Positions 38,314-49,800 of a stretch of DNA of 64,000 nucleotides are shown piece after piece. The DNA lies in contig NC_068985.1 in NCBI RefSeq assembly GCF_001194135.2, positions 43,992,878 to 44,056,877 on the forward strand. The letters run 5' to 3'. The notes under the pieces were generated by a model. That model had not been told where the DNA came from, made no database searches, and saw only the letters and a list, made by a program, of their open reading frames with translations. This DNA comes from Octopus bimaculoides (lineage: Eukaryota). Made by a program: the position numbers and the translations under genes. Numbering within the stretch: position 1 is the stretch's first letter; each line of letters opens with the position of its first letter.

Positions 38314-39938
38314 ACTGGGTGACAAATTAAGTATACTGTTCAAGGTAGACTTATTATGTAAATACGGGAGCATGTATATATGTATATGTGTTTGTATACA
38401 TACATATATGTATTAGTGATTTGATACAGAAATGCTTTACTTGAAGTTACACTGATGCAAAAAATACCTGCTTACATAAAATAACACACACACACACACA
38501 CACATGTACACCCCCACACACACACACACACACACACACACATTCACACTCGCATGCATATACTTGCAGCTCACAAAAACAAGATGACACAAACATAGAT
38601 TATAAGAACCAGAAATAACTGTCAAACATCTGCGATGTCACATTCTGCTATCTTTAAAGAAAAAGAAAGAACACATTAGATGCTGTAGACTTGGATACAC
38701 TATATCTGAAAGAAAACTCTGATGGGATGGTCATGGATGGAGTCTGTGTGATCACAAGCCTACTTGAACAAGGTTGATATGAAGTTAATGAACAACAACA
38801 ACAACACAAACATGCAACAACAGGTTTACACACGTTCTGTTGGTGACCTTGTTCTGCTGTTGCTATTGATGCGAATTCTTCTAGCAGCAGAACACCTGCC
38901 CGGAAGCAAATAACAACCAATATTCATGATTATCAAGCAGACAAGCTTTCTGATTATATTCTTACTCAGTTAAAACCATCTCTTTTGATTTTACTAAAAT
39001 TCTTTTAACGGTTCATTGAGCAATCGGTGTAAATACTTCTCTCAGTTCTCCATAGATATGTCTGAATTATTCCCTCTTTCTTACACCGTTCGGCTGAATG
39101 TTTGTCTTGCTGTGAAAATATGCTGCAATCCTCAAGTGTAATCGAATGTACTTGCAGACATTGACTGAAGGTCAGTGTTTCTTTAGGTATGCATGACTTG
39201 ACTGAAATAGATTTAGGAAAGCAGATTTCTTTAATGTATCTGCAGATGAATGAAACGAGCAAGGAGATTTCAGAGATGAGGTTGTGCCCTGTATTAGACA
39301 TCTGCAAGAAACATGGCAGAGTAGACATACAAAGTGTGAGAGAAAAGAAATGGTCCCTTTAAGAAAGGATCAATTCTGCTAAAAATAGTGCAGGTTGTTT
39401 CACTAGAAAATGAGTAATTGTAGAAAAGTAAGGAATTTCAAAGTAAGTAAAAATGACTTCATGCTTGATTATTGTAGTTATTACTTTACCTGTTATTGTA
39501 AAGTGGGTGTATAAAGTGTTCACGGAGTATTTATACAGAGATAATTGCAGATTTTCTGTCATATTGTATGTATGTTGTAGATGAAATTTGCATTGAGTGA
39601 TGTGGTTCACCTCACTTCCTGTGTTATCCATATTGTGTGTGTGCATGCTTGTGTGTGTGCATGTGTGTGAATGTGAATGTGGGTGTATGTATGAGTGTGT
39701 ACAAATATACATGCGCCATGTGTGTATGTATGTATGATTGCGTGTATATGTGTAAGCTTGTGCACGTGTGTGTGTGAATGAGTATTTACATGTATGTATG
39801 GATATGTACATGTCTGATCTGATAATTAATTACTGACCTGCTTCTAATATATCCAATGACCCATCCAATGGTCTAAAACTTCATTCAGTCAATAGCCATC
39901 CTATACTGTCTATATGCATGTGTGTGTGTGTGTGTATT

Positions 39939-40560
39939 CAGGGTGTTTGGGCTAAATATGACACTTTGCATAAAAGGAAGAAAAAAACCACAATAACGCA
40001 TTCAAAAATAAAAGAATTTTTAAAAAATCAAAAAATATTAACTAGATTATGGCTGAGAGATAACAGTTTACTCAAAGTAGCTGCCATCAGCTTCCACCAC
40101 AAGCTCAAGATGGCTCTGGAACCTGGTGGATGTATTCTTCAATGTCCCTGGGAAGGCAAACACCTCCTTGATCTTAGCCATCAGCTTCATCTTTGTGTTG
40201 CTGGTAGAGTGGTTGTTGTCTTTCTCAACATGCCCCACACATTGTAATCCATGTGATTATAACCAGGGGAATTAGGAGGCCTGAAACTGGGGCCAGAGAA
40301 GTCATACAAATTCTCTGGCAACCACTTCTGACTCTTTCTGAAAGTATGGCCAGAAGTTGAATCCTGCTGCCACATATATAGCCTTCCAGCAGCAGCTCTC
40401 TACAGCCAGGGTTTGACTACAGTCTCCAGTAGCTTCATATAGCTGTCTTAACTGAGCCTAAGGTCCTGTTCAAAGATGTGGGGATGAATTCTGGCATGAA
40501 GACACAGTCAGAACACCTGCTGTGTCACTCCCTGAAGACTATGGCTTTGTAGTCTCTGTT
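39939..40560 (-). mobile_element. Tc1/mariner DD37D (maT-like) transposase remnant with one end
   Basis: Minus frames: WQQDSTSGHTFRKSQKWL..RPPNSPGYNHMDYNVWGML and RFQSHLELVVEADGSYFE*; terminal CAGGGTG at 39939. Confidence 0.85.
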
Positions 40561-42599
40561 GCAGCTGTCCATGTCACATTGTACAGCCTTGTACAGATGC
40601 AGCAGCAGCAGCAACAACAGGAGCAGCAGTAGCAGCCTCAGGAGCAGCAACAGCTGGAGGAGAAGGAACAGCAGGATCATCAGTAGCAGGAGCAGCAACA
40701 GCAGCAGTATGTGCAGAAGCAGCAGCCATTTTAACGTCCACTTTTCCGTACCTCCCCAGGTCAGATCTAGTTTATTGAGGTAGACTTTTAAACAGCTGGA
40801 TGCTCTTCATGTCCCCAACCTACACCTGTTTCAAAGCCCAGTAATATATCCTTATGGTGAAACATATTCTTACAGAATATTGAAAAATGAACGGCACTGC
40901 TTGTATGACAGTGACAATCATTTACAACTATCACACGCTATCAAAACAAGATGATGCAAGTGCATGCACACACACGAATACACACACATGCACTTATATA
41001 CACACATTGGCCTTCTTTTAGTTTCTTTCTACCAAATCCATTCAAAGCTTTGGTCATTTCAGCACTATAGTAGAAGACATTTGCCCAAAGTGTCATACAG
41101 TGGGATTGAACCTGAAACCATGTAACTGAGAAGCAAACTTCTTACCACTTCTTACCACAGATTAAGTACCAGCGAAACACTGGAGTTGATGTAATCGACT
41201 GGCTCCCTCCCCAACAATTTCAGGCCTTATGCCTATAGTAGAAAAGATTAATTGCTATATCCAATCCTTCTTCCCCAGGACATCAATCTTCTGGAATTTC
41301 CTCCCTTCTCGTGTGTTTCCTGCAGGTGTCGGCCGGCAGTAGTTTTAAATAGAACATCAACAACATCAGTTTCAAATGGCCTGCAAAAGTTATGCACTCT
41401 TCCCTTTTCCTTTAGACTCAGCAAATATAAAAAATAAATAATGGCAAAGAACGTCATACTGTCTATTGCCGTACATCAGACGTACACGCATGTACATAAA
41501 CTCACTTCATCACATCACACACATGCACAAACGCATCATATTGACTATTACCATACACACACACACACATGCGCGCACACACAGAGAAACTCATCACAAT
41601 GGCTATTACAACACACACACGTACAGGGTGTTGTCCATAGCTTTCTATAATTACATTAGTGTTCAGTTAGTGTTATTTGAAAACAAGATATTCAAGATAT
41701 TAAGAGGCTGTTCGTTTTGTATTCTTCTTATTAATCTTCTCTGTCTTATTTTTCCCCTCCCCTCCTCCTCCTTCTGTTGATTGTTAATTAACTTAATTAA
41801 GAACAGTCTGTTATTTATCCTCCTGTTTCCCATTTGTGATGAACAGAGAGGGAGAGAGGGGGTCGAAGAGAGAGGGGGTCGAAGAGAGAGGGGGTCGAAG
41901 AGAGAGGGAGAGAGNNNNNNNNNNNNNNNNNNNNNNNNNNNNNNNNNNNNNNNNNNNNNNNNNNNNNNNNNNNNNNNNNNNNNNNNNNNNNNNNNNNNNN
42001 NNNNNNNNNNNNNNNNNNNNNNNNNNNNNNNNNNNNNNNNNNNNNNNNNNNNNNNNNNNNNNNNNNNNNNNNNNNNNNNNNNNNNNNNNNNNNNNNNNNN
42101 NNNNNNNNNNNNNNNNNNNNNNNNNNNNNNNNNNNNNNGGGGAGAGAGAGAGAGAGAGAGAGATGATGATGAGGCTGATAATAAAGCCATTTAATTAGCT
42201 TGTGGGTCAAAAAAATCATTAAAAACATTTATTTTCAGCAATGCTTATCATGGATTCCCCACACTGTCCCCACCCCCACCACATTATGGACCCAAAACTG
42301 ATCCATGCCATAGATTCTCAATCATCTGTTGAACATCTCACTTCCAAACTCCTATTATCCCAAAACGGATCCATTGTACACATCTTGTATCATCTCTTTG
42401 AGTGCTAAGTCTATTACCATTCTATAATCAAAACCTGTCCTGTGCATTCATTGTATATCATCTGATTGACTTCACACTGTACTATTACAAAAAAAAGAAA
42501 AACCTCTGCAAAAAACTGATCTATGATCTATGTCTTGTGTCCTCTGTTTAAATTACTAATGACCAACACACATGAAGCTTGCTTCAGCAAAGTTTTTAA

Positions 42600-42943
42600 C
42601 CCTCTAATCTGTTGCATTCCTTGTGTGGCATGGTGTGGAGGTTTGTGTGAATGGATAAGAATAAAATTAATTATATCAACCATTAATCTTTGAAAATGAA
42701 GCACATATGTATGTATACACACACAAACCCACACATATATTTATATATATATGTGTGTGTAATATATGTATATATATACATACATACATGTATGTATGTA
42801 TGTATGCATGTATGTATGTATGTATGTTTGTATATATGTATGTTCTTTGAAAATGAAGCACATATGTATGTATACACACACAAACCCACACATATATTTA
42901 TATATATATGTGTGTGTAATATATATATACATACATACATACA

Positions 42944-42980
<37 letters not shown>
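42600..42980. repeat. Local ~157-bp tandem duplication within TA/TG microsatellite
   Basis: ctttgaaaatgaagcacatatgtatgtatacacacacaaacccacacatatattt occurs near 42688 and 42845. Confidence 0.9.
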
Positions 42981-42983
<3 letters not shown>

Positions 42984-43377
42984 TGTAAGCATACTGGAAA
43001 CAAATAATTATCATTACTAAATGTTAAAACAACAAAATAAGATAGTTAATAGAAAAAAAATAAATGATTGAAAACCATAATTTATTGCTAAACATTAGAT
43101 TTAAAGATTTAATCAGTTTTAGTTCAATTTTCCATGTTTTCACAATTGTGATATTGATTTTTTTTCTAAATGTATTAAAAAATTTTCTAAAAATTGGAAT
43201 TTTAAAACTTTTAATGGCACCAATAACATTTTATAGGCATTGGTTGAAGAGAGTTGGTGAGAGGATATATCCTTGTTGAATGCCATTGGGAAAAATGAAA
43301 GTGCTGGGAATGTAATTCCTGTGTATTATATAGGCTTGGCAGCTGATAGTTTACTAGCTAACACATTGTGTTGATGC

Positions 43378-43603
43378 TTAACCCTTTAAGTATTCAAATT
43401 ACTCTGCCAAATGTGATGATTACTTATTCACATTGTTTTGAATCAATCCGGCATTATTTTGTAGCTTCAAGATTTTGATGATGTGATTGCTTATTTTTAG
43501 AATGATACTGCAGTGTATGTATGAGAGGCCAGTCCTAGTCATGTTTGATCATAAAACAAGTTGAATATCTGAATCTGATATGGCCAGTTTAAGTACTGAA
43601 GGG
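43378..43603. mobile_element. piggyBac-like MITE, diverged copy
   Basis: TTAA-CCCTTTAAGTATTC...GTACTGAAGGG. Confidence 0.7.
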
Positions 43604-43834
43604 TGGTAGTGGTGAGTGTTTTGTGTAAAAGCTGCCAGCAGAGAATGGAGTTTAAAATCTCTGCTGATGTCGATGGTAGTTAGAATGGTGTATGTGTGTA
43701 GGCGTTTCTTTTCTTGTTGTCGAAGCTTTCATGTAATTTTTTTGTTTTTGTAAAGATTTTAACTATTCTCTGCTATTTGCTTATGCACAAAACCACCTTA
43801 TGAAGCAATGTGTGTGTGTGTGTGTGTATATATA

Positions 43835-44065
43835 TTCTTTCTTTGTCTATTTCAGTCATTTGACTGTGGCCATGCTGAAGCACCACCTTACGGGGTTTCA
43901 GTCGAACTGATCGACTCCTGGACTTATTCTTTGTAAGCCTAGCACTTATTCTATCAGTCTCTTTTGCCAAACTGCTAAGTTACAGGGATGTAAATACACC
44001 AACATTGATTGTCAAACGACGGTAGGGGTGGGAACAAACACAGACACAAACACAAATATATACAT

Positions 44066-44108
<43 letters not shown>

Positions 44109-44272
44109 CGACAGGTTTCTTTCAGTTTCCATCTACCAAATCCATTCACAAGGCTTTGATCAGCCCAAGGTTATAGTAGAAGACACTTGCCAAAAGTGCC
44201 ACACAATGAGACTGAACCCGGAGCTATGTGGTTGGGAAGCAAGCTCCTTACCACACAGCCACTCCTGTGCCT
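43835..44272 (-). mobile_element. SINE family A, near full length
   Basis: Reverse-complement match to 54901-55308. Confidence 0.9.
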
Positions 44273-44591
44273 ATATATATATATTAATTAATGAGGGTAG
44301 AAATTGATATTAATCAATTAGAACCAGTGGTCCAGCATATTAAAAAAACCCGAAGATTAAAATTATATTACATACAAAATTTTAACAGGTGAAACCATGG
44401 TACGTAGGTTAATCGTTTTTTTATTTAGTATTTTTTCATTTGTCTTGCCCTTTTACAGTCTGTTGTGTCGCTGAATTTTTACTGAGAACATATATTTTTC
44501 TTCGTGGTTAGATGGTTCGGCATCTATTTCTGGCATGTGGGGGTCCACTTTTGCTGGTCATTCCTCTTATTTTTGTATATATATATATATT

Positions 44592-45361
44592 TACGTAAGC
44601 TCGCAAGGAATGAAGCCAGTATGCTCCGTTGGATGTGTAATGTCAATGTGAATACCCGTCAGAGTGTAAGTATCTTGAGAGAAAAGCTGAACATTAGAAG
44701 CATCAGTTGTGGCGTGCAAGAGNNNNNNNNNNNNNNNNNNNNNNNNNNNNNNNNNNNNNNNNNNNNNNNNNNNNNNNNNNNNNNNNNNNNNNNNNNNNNN
44801 NNNNNNNNNNNNNNNNNNNNNNNNNNNNNNNNNNNNNNNNNNNNNNNNNNNNNNNNNNNNNNNNNNNNNNNNNNNNNNNNNNNNNNNNNNNNNNNNNNNN
44901 NNNNNNNNNNNNNNNNNNNNNNNNNNNNNNNNNNNNNNNNNNNNNNNNNNNNNNNNNNNNNNNNNNNNNNNNNNNNNNNNNNNNNNNNNNNNNNNNNNNN
45001 NNNNNNNNNNNNNNNNNNNNNNNNNNNNNNNNNNNNNNNNNNNNNNNNNNNNNNNNNNNNNNNNNNNNNNNNNNNNNNNNNNNNNNNNNNNNNNNNNNNN
45101 NNNNNNNNNNNNNNNNNNNNNNNNNNGGCACATAAAAGACACCATTTCGAGCGTGGCCGTTTTCGTGCGGGTGACACGTAAAAGCACCCACTACACTCTC
45201 TGAGTGGTTGGCGTTAGGAAGGGCATCCAGCTGTAGAAACTCTGCCAAATCAGACTGGAGCCTGGTGTTGCCATCCGGTTTCACCAGTCCTCAGTCAAAT
45301 CGTCCAACCCATGCTAGCATGGAAAGCGGACGTTAAACGATGATGATGATGATGATGATGA
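44592..45361 (+). mobile_element. Young 5'-truncated RTE-X-type LINE inserted in (TA)n, spanning a gap
   Basis: RKLARNEASMLRWMCNVNVNTRQSVSILREKLNIRSISCGVQE before the gap; the 3' UTR after it is nearly identical to 14941-15177; (TA)n on both flanks. Confidence 0.92.
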
Positions 45362-45841
45362 TATATATATATATATCATATATAATCTAAGCAATGGTTT
45401 TATATTCTTGTATACACCTTGTAGTATGCTGTTTAAAGCCAGTTCACAGTATTCAGCTGCCTGATGTCAACAACAGTATGGAGGTATATGCCACTGAGTT
45501 TACTTCAAGAATTCCTTAATGTCTGTAGAGTTTATAAAAAATATGAGAGAAAAAAACGGAATTCGTGAGACTGTCTTCATTATAGCTTAGTTTTTTATAG
45601 TACACTACAATTACCAAAATGTATTATTTTAAAAATAAGCAAAACAGCAAATAAAAAAATGAGGTACTTTTAGAAAAGTCACCTTAGAAAATACATCTGC
45701 ACCTAAGATGCATCACAACTGTTTGTACACCATCTCATCTGCAAGGCACTGATGCATGATGGGTCAAAACAGTTGTAGTGGTTCTGAATAAAGAGTCACA
45801 TGAATTCCATTTTCTTTCTCTCATATTTTTTATATATATAA

Positions 45842-45882
<41 letters not shown>

Positions 45883-45883
<1 letters not shown>

Positions 45884-46182
45884 GGCACAGGCATAGCTGT
45901 ATGGTAAGAAGCTTGCTTCCCAACCACATGGTTCTAGGTTCAATCCCACTGCATGGCACCTTAGGCAAATGTCTTCTATATGTGTGTGTGTCTTTGTGTT
46001 TGTCCCTCCTGTCACTGTTTGACAACTGTTGTTGGTGTGTTTACATCCCCATAACTTAGTGGTTCTGCAATATAAGTCCAATAGAATATAAGTCCTAGTG
46101 TTGATTCATTCAACTAAAAACCCTTCAAGGTGGTGCCCCAGCATGTCTTCAATCAAATAACTAAAACAAATAAAAGAATGAA
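45883..46182 (+). mobile_element. SINE family A with internal deletion
   Basis: ggcacaggcatagctgtatggtaagaagcttgc...ggtggtgccccagcatg. Confidence 0.85.
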
Positions 46183-48304
46183 AGAACATATGTGTAGGTA
46201 TGTATGAGTATTACACTAGACATAGAACTATGATTCTGGAAACTACATATGTATAAATACCCATTTATTGTCTTTTTGAAGGTGCATGACCAAGTGGTTA
46301 TGGTGTTGTCCTTGCAGTCATGTGGTTATAGGTTCAATTTCTGGTCTTGGCAATATGAAGTTTTGAGCAATGCACTTCCTCTCACATTGCTCTTGACTAC
46401 TCTGCTGAAAATGAACCAACTGTTAGTGCGACTCTCTCTTCCTCCATCTGTCACATCTTTGGTATTCCATTTGGTCAAATGTTACAGAGCCATAAAAGAT
46501 GTTTGGGTCTGCTCACATCTGCATAAGAACCTGAAACAACTATTGAAAGTGTGGCACAAGCTTTTAGGTCACACTCGTCTGTGAGTGATGCCTAAGCTTT
46601 ATTGCCAAGAGAACAACTATTTGTAAATTGCAATTTACAAAGCGAAAATTAACATAAACTGTTGAGACTGATATGATAAATAGATTAACAAATAGCTAGA
46701 CAAACTGATAGAAAGTGAGGTTGACAGATAGATAACTAGATGGATAGATATATTCATAGATACATGTATTATTAGGTAGGTAGGTAGGTAGGTAGGTAGG
46801 TAGGTAGGTAGGTAGGTAGATATGTCATCATATAGAGAGAAAGTGAGAACATGAGTGAAAGAATGAGGAAGACATTTAGAAAGATGAGAAAATAATGTTG
46901 GAAAGAGTGAAACTAAAACCAAAATTGAAAGAATGAAAGAAGAATCAATGAATAACGGATGTGTCCAAGTCTTAGTTTATTGAGGGGAGAGAATAAGAAT
47001 GAAAGAGAATGGTTGAAGGAAGAAAAGAAATATGTGATAGCATTATAAGCAGAGCTTTGAGAGAAATGAATAATGGCAGAAAGAGAGAGAATAAAAGAGA
47101 AGGAAGAAAGGAAGGGTGTTGCAAAAACAAAAACGAAAAATTCCAAAGGGAAGTGAGACTGAGAGGAAAGAAGTATATATGGTTGTAAATAGAATGGAAA
47201 TAGAAATAAAAGAATGGGATAGATTCCATGATAGAAAGACAAAGATAATAAATGTTATGAAGTTATAGAAGAAAGCATTATTGGAATTGACTAAAACGTG
47301 AAAAATAAAATGAAAGAAAGAAATATACATTATAAATTATCGTTAATAAGTTAGCAATGAAAACTCATTAATAATATAGAATTAATTAATGTCAAAACAC
47401 TCAAACTATACCTCACTTGTAATCCATCAATTGTGTGTGTATGTGTGTGTGTGTGTGTGTGTGCGCATGTGTATGTGTGGGACTGTTATATTAGGGAATT
47501 ATAAATGTATTCATGGATTTTGGGATGTATTTTAGATAAATGGTTGTGTGTACATGTACATGTGGTTTGACAGTGTGTGTGTGTATGTATGTATGTGTGT
47601 GTGTGTGTGTGTTTGTATGTGTGTGCATTTGTATTTGCATGCGTGTATGTATATATAGGATGAGTTGTGCGTATTATGTGTTGTGTGAATTTTTGAAGAC
47701 TTTATTTCCTGAGAATAATTCAGAAAAATGTTCAAAAGAATGAAACTAAAAGCCAAAATGGAATGAAAGGAAGAAAAACTAAAGGAAAGGAAGGATGAAG
47801 GTAAAATGTCCAAGTCTTAGATTATTGAGAGTAGAAAGCAAGAATGAAAGAGAATGGTTAAAGAAAGAAAAGAAACATATGACAGCATTATTTCGCAAAG
47901 GAATTATTTCTCAAAGAAAATTGTAGTTTATTTAGTTCAAAGGAATTTAATGTTTTTCGGCAGATAAAATAAATACATCTTTGAACCAGTGGCAATAGAC
48001 ATCTTGTCGTTAGTAAATCATAAATTGACAAAGGTTTTTATCACTGCCATTGGCGCAAAGCTATTTAAAGCATTCGATGAAACGACCTTCACTTTCATGG
48101 TTGTGGCAGAGAATTGGTTTGCCAATTGTTCATACCATTGCTTTGCAGCAGTGCACGGCTGGACAAGACTAAAGGCAAAAAAAAAAAAAAAGATATCATA
48201 AACCTTCATGGAAGGATTTTATGATATATGATGGCTTATGACTAAAGTATATCACATTTAAAGGTGGTGTAAAAGTTGGTTATAACAGCTTTAATATATT
48301 TCAT

Positions 48305-48532
48305 GTCCAGTAAGTTCACCACAGGAAAAGTTCATCGTAGGGAAAGTTCACCAACATCAATTCACTGATTTTTTCAATAAAATAGTTTTAACTATCAATG
48401 ATGAGATACTATGGATATATTTTGTCGGTAAGCTTCCCCCATGGTGAACTTTCCTCGCAGTGAACTTCCTTTGTGGTAAATCTATGGTGGTGAACTCTCC
48501 TGCGATGAATTGATGGCAGTGAACTTGCCTGT
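48305..48532. mobile_element. Small foldback-type element with ~15-bp subterminal repeats
   Basis: Left arm repeats aagttcaccacagga; right arm repeats the complement ggtgaacttt/cagtgaactt. Confidence 0.6.
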
Positions 48533-48982
48533 AATCAATATATTTATATATCTTTCCTCAAGTTCAGCACACAGTTAAAAGAAAAAAAGAAACGAACTAA
48601 AAAACTGCGAAACTCTCAACAAATGTTAAGTTTCCCATATTAACCTTTCATGGCAACCAAACTTCTCCAACATAAGCAAGATTGTGTTTGGAAGCCACCA
48701 GAAAATATGCCAGCTCTCATCTGTTGTTAATGTGCTACAATAAAGTTCAAATGTGACTCACATTAACATATTGATCACTTATCTTAGTTGGTACAATTGC
48801 TACATAAACAAATATTCTTGGCATTCCACACTTCACTTCTACCAAAAACTGGCCAAATCTTTTTCAAATCACACTCTCCTTTCTACCTCAGGCATTCTGT
48901 CCTGCCTAGGTATGAATGAATGAATGAATGAATGAATGAATGAATGTATGTATGTATGTATGTATGTATGTATGTATGTATC

Positions 48983-49450
48983 TTCATCATCATTTAATGT
49001 CCATTGTCCATGCTGGCATGGGTTTGACAGTTTGACCAGAGCTGGTAAGCTGGGGAGTTGCACCAGACTCCAGCCTGATATGGTATGGCTCCTATGGCAG
49101 GATGCCCTTCCTAACACCAACCACTTTACAGAGTGTGCTGGGTGCTTTTATGTGGCACCAAACAGGCACTTTCATGTGGTGCCACATGACCACTTTTATG
49201 TAGCAATGCATAGGTACTTTTACGTGGGACTGCATGGGTGTTTTACATGTCACTACACTGGTGCTTTTATGTGACACTGCACAGACACTTTTACATGGCA
49301 CCACATGAAATATGTATGTATGTGTGTATGCATGTATATAGCATGGGCTCTCAGAAATTCTGGGTTTGTATCTGGCATGCTAGAAGACCACTGGAAGTGA
49401 GACACCCCTTAGCTTTTTTCAAGGCATGTCTCTAGAGGAAGGTCACTCTG
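48983..49450 (-). mobile_element. RTE-X 3'-UTR-derived element with expanded ~22-bp array
   Basis: catcatcatttaatgtccattgtccatgctggcatgggtttg start; gtgcttttatgtggcac-type units from about 49141 to 49310. Confidence 0.85.
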
Positions 49451-49519
49451 ATATAAAACCAGATAAGCAAGGAATGACATTGAACATTTTGGGGATCTTT
49501 TGCTTGTGCTTGAGATCAT

Positions 49520-49800
49520 GGTACTCTCACATTCCTGTGCCTGTGCTCCATATTAGCAGGAAGAGAGGGTCTGTGCAAGCCTTATTGGACCAAAAATTTT
49601 AGGTTGTGCAAATTTGCCAGCCAGGCAACTATCCAATGTCCAGTCGAGTAGGAGGATCCCTATAGAAACTAGGGATGTGAACTCAAGTGAAGCCAATTGT
49701 TGGTGCAATAACTTTATGCATGGACACTGCTGGCATTTTGCATGGGAAATGGTCAGTGATGGTCTTCCTCAGTCATGAGTAGGCAGCCATCATCATCATC
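49520..49800 (+). mobile_element. RTE LINE 3' end (same type as 1-600)
   Basis: Ends ggtcttcctcagtcatgagtaggcagccatcatcatcatc, matching the terminus of the element at base 1. Confidence 0.7.

Noticed and set aside
40595-40725. Polyglutamine coding exon
   Set aside because: The CAG-rich tract has in-frame TAG stops and directly abuts an RTE-X tail motif (tttaacgtccactttt), so it is a mutated LINE tail microsatellite.
42528-43020. Cluster of overlapping His/Tyr/Val-rich ORFs
   Set aside because: Translations of TA/CA/TACA microsatellites. The same holds for 25455-25811, 39359-39811 and 60862-61332.
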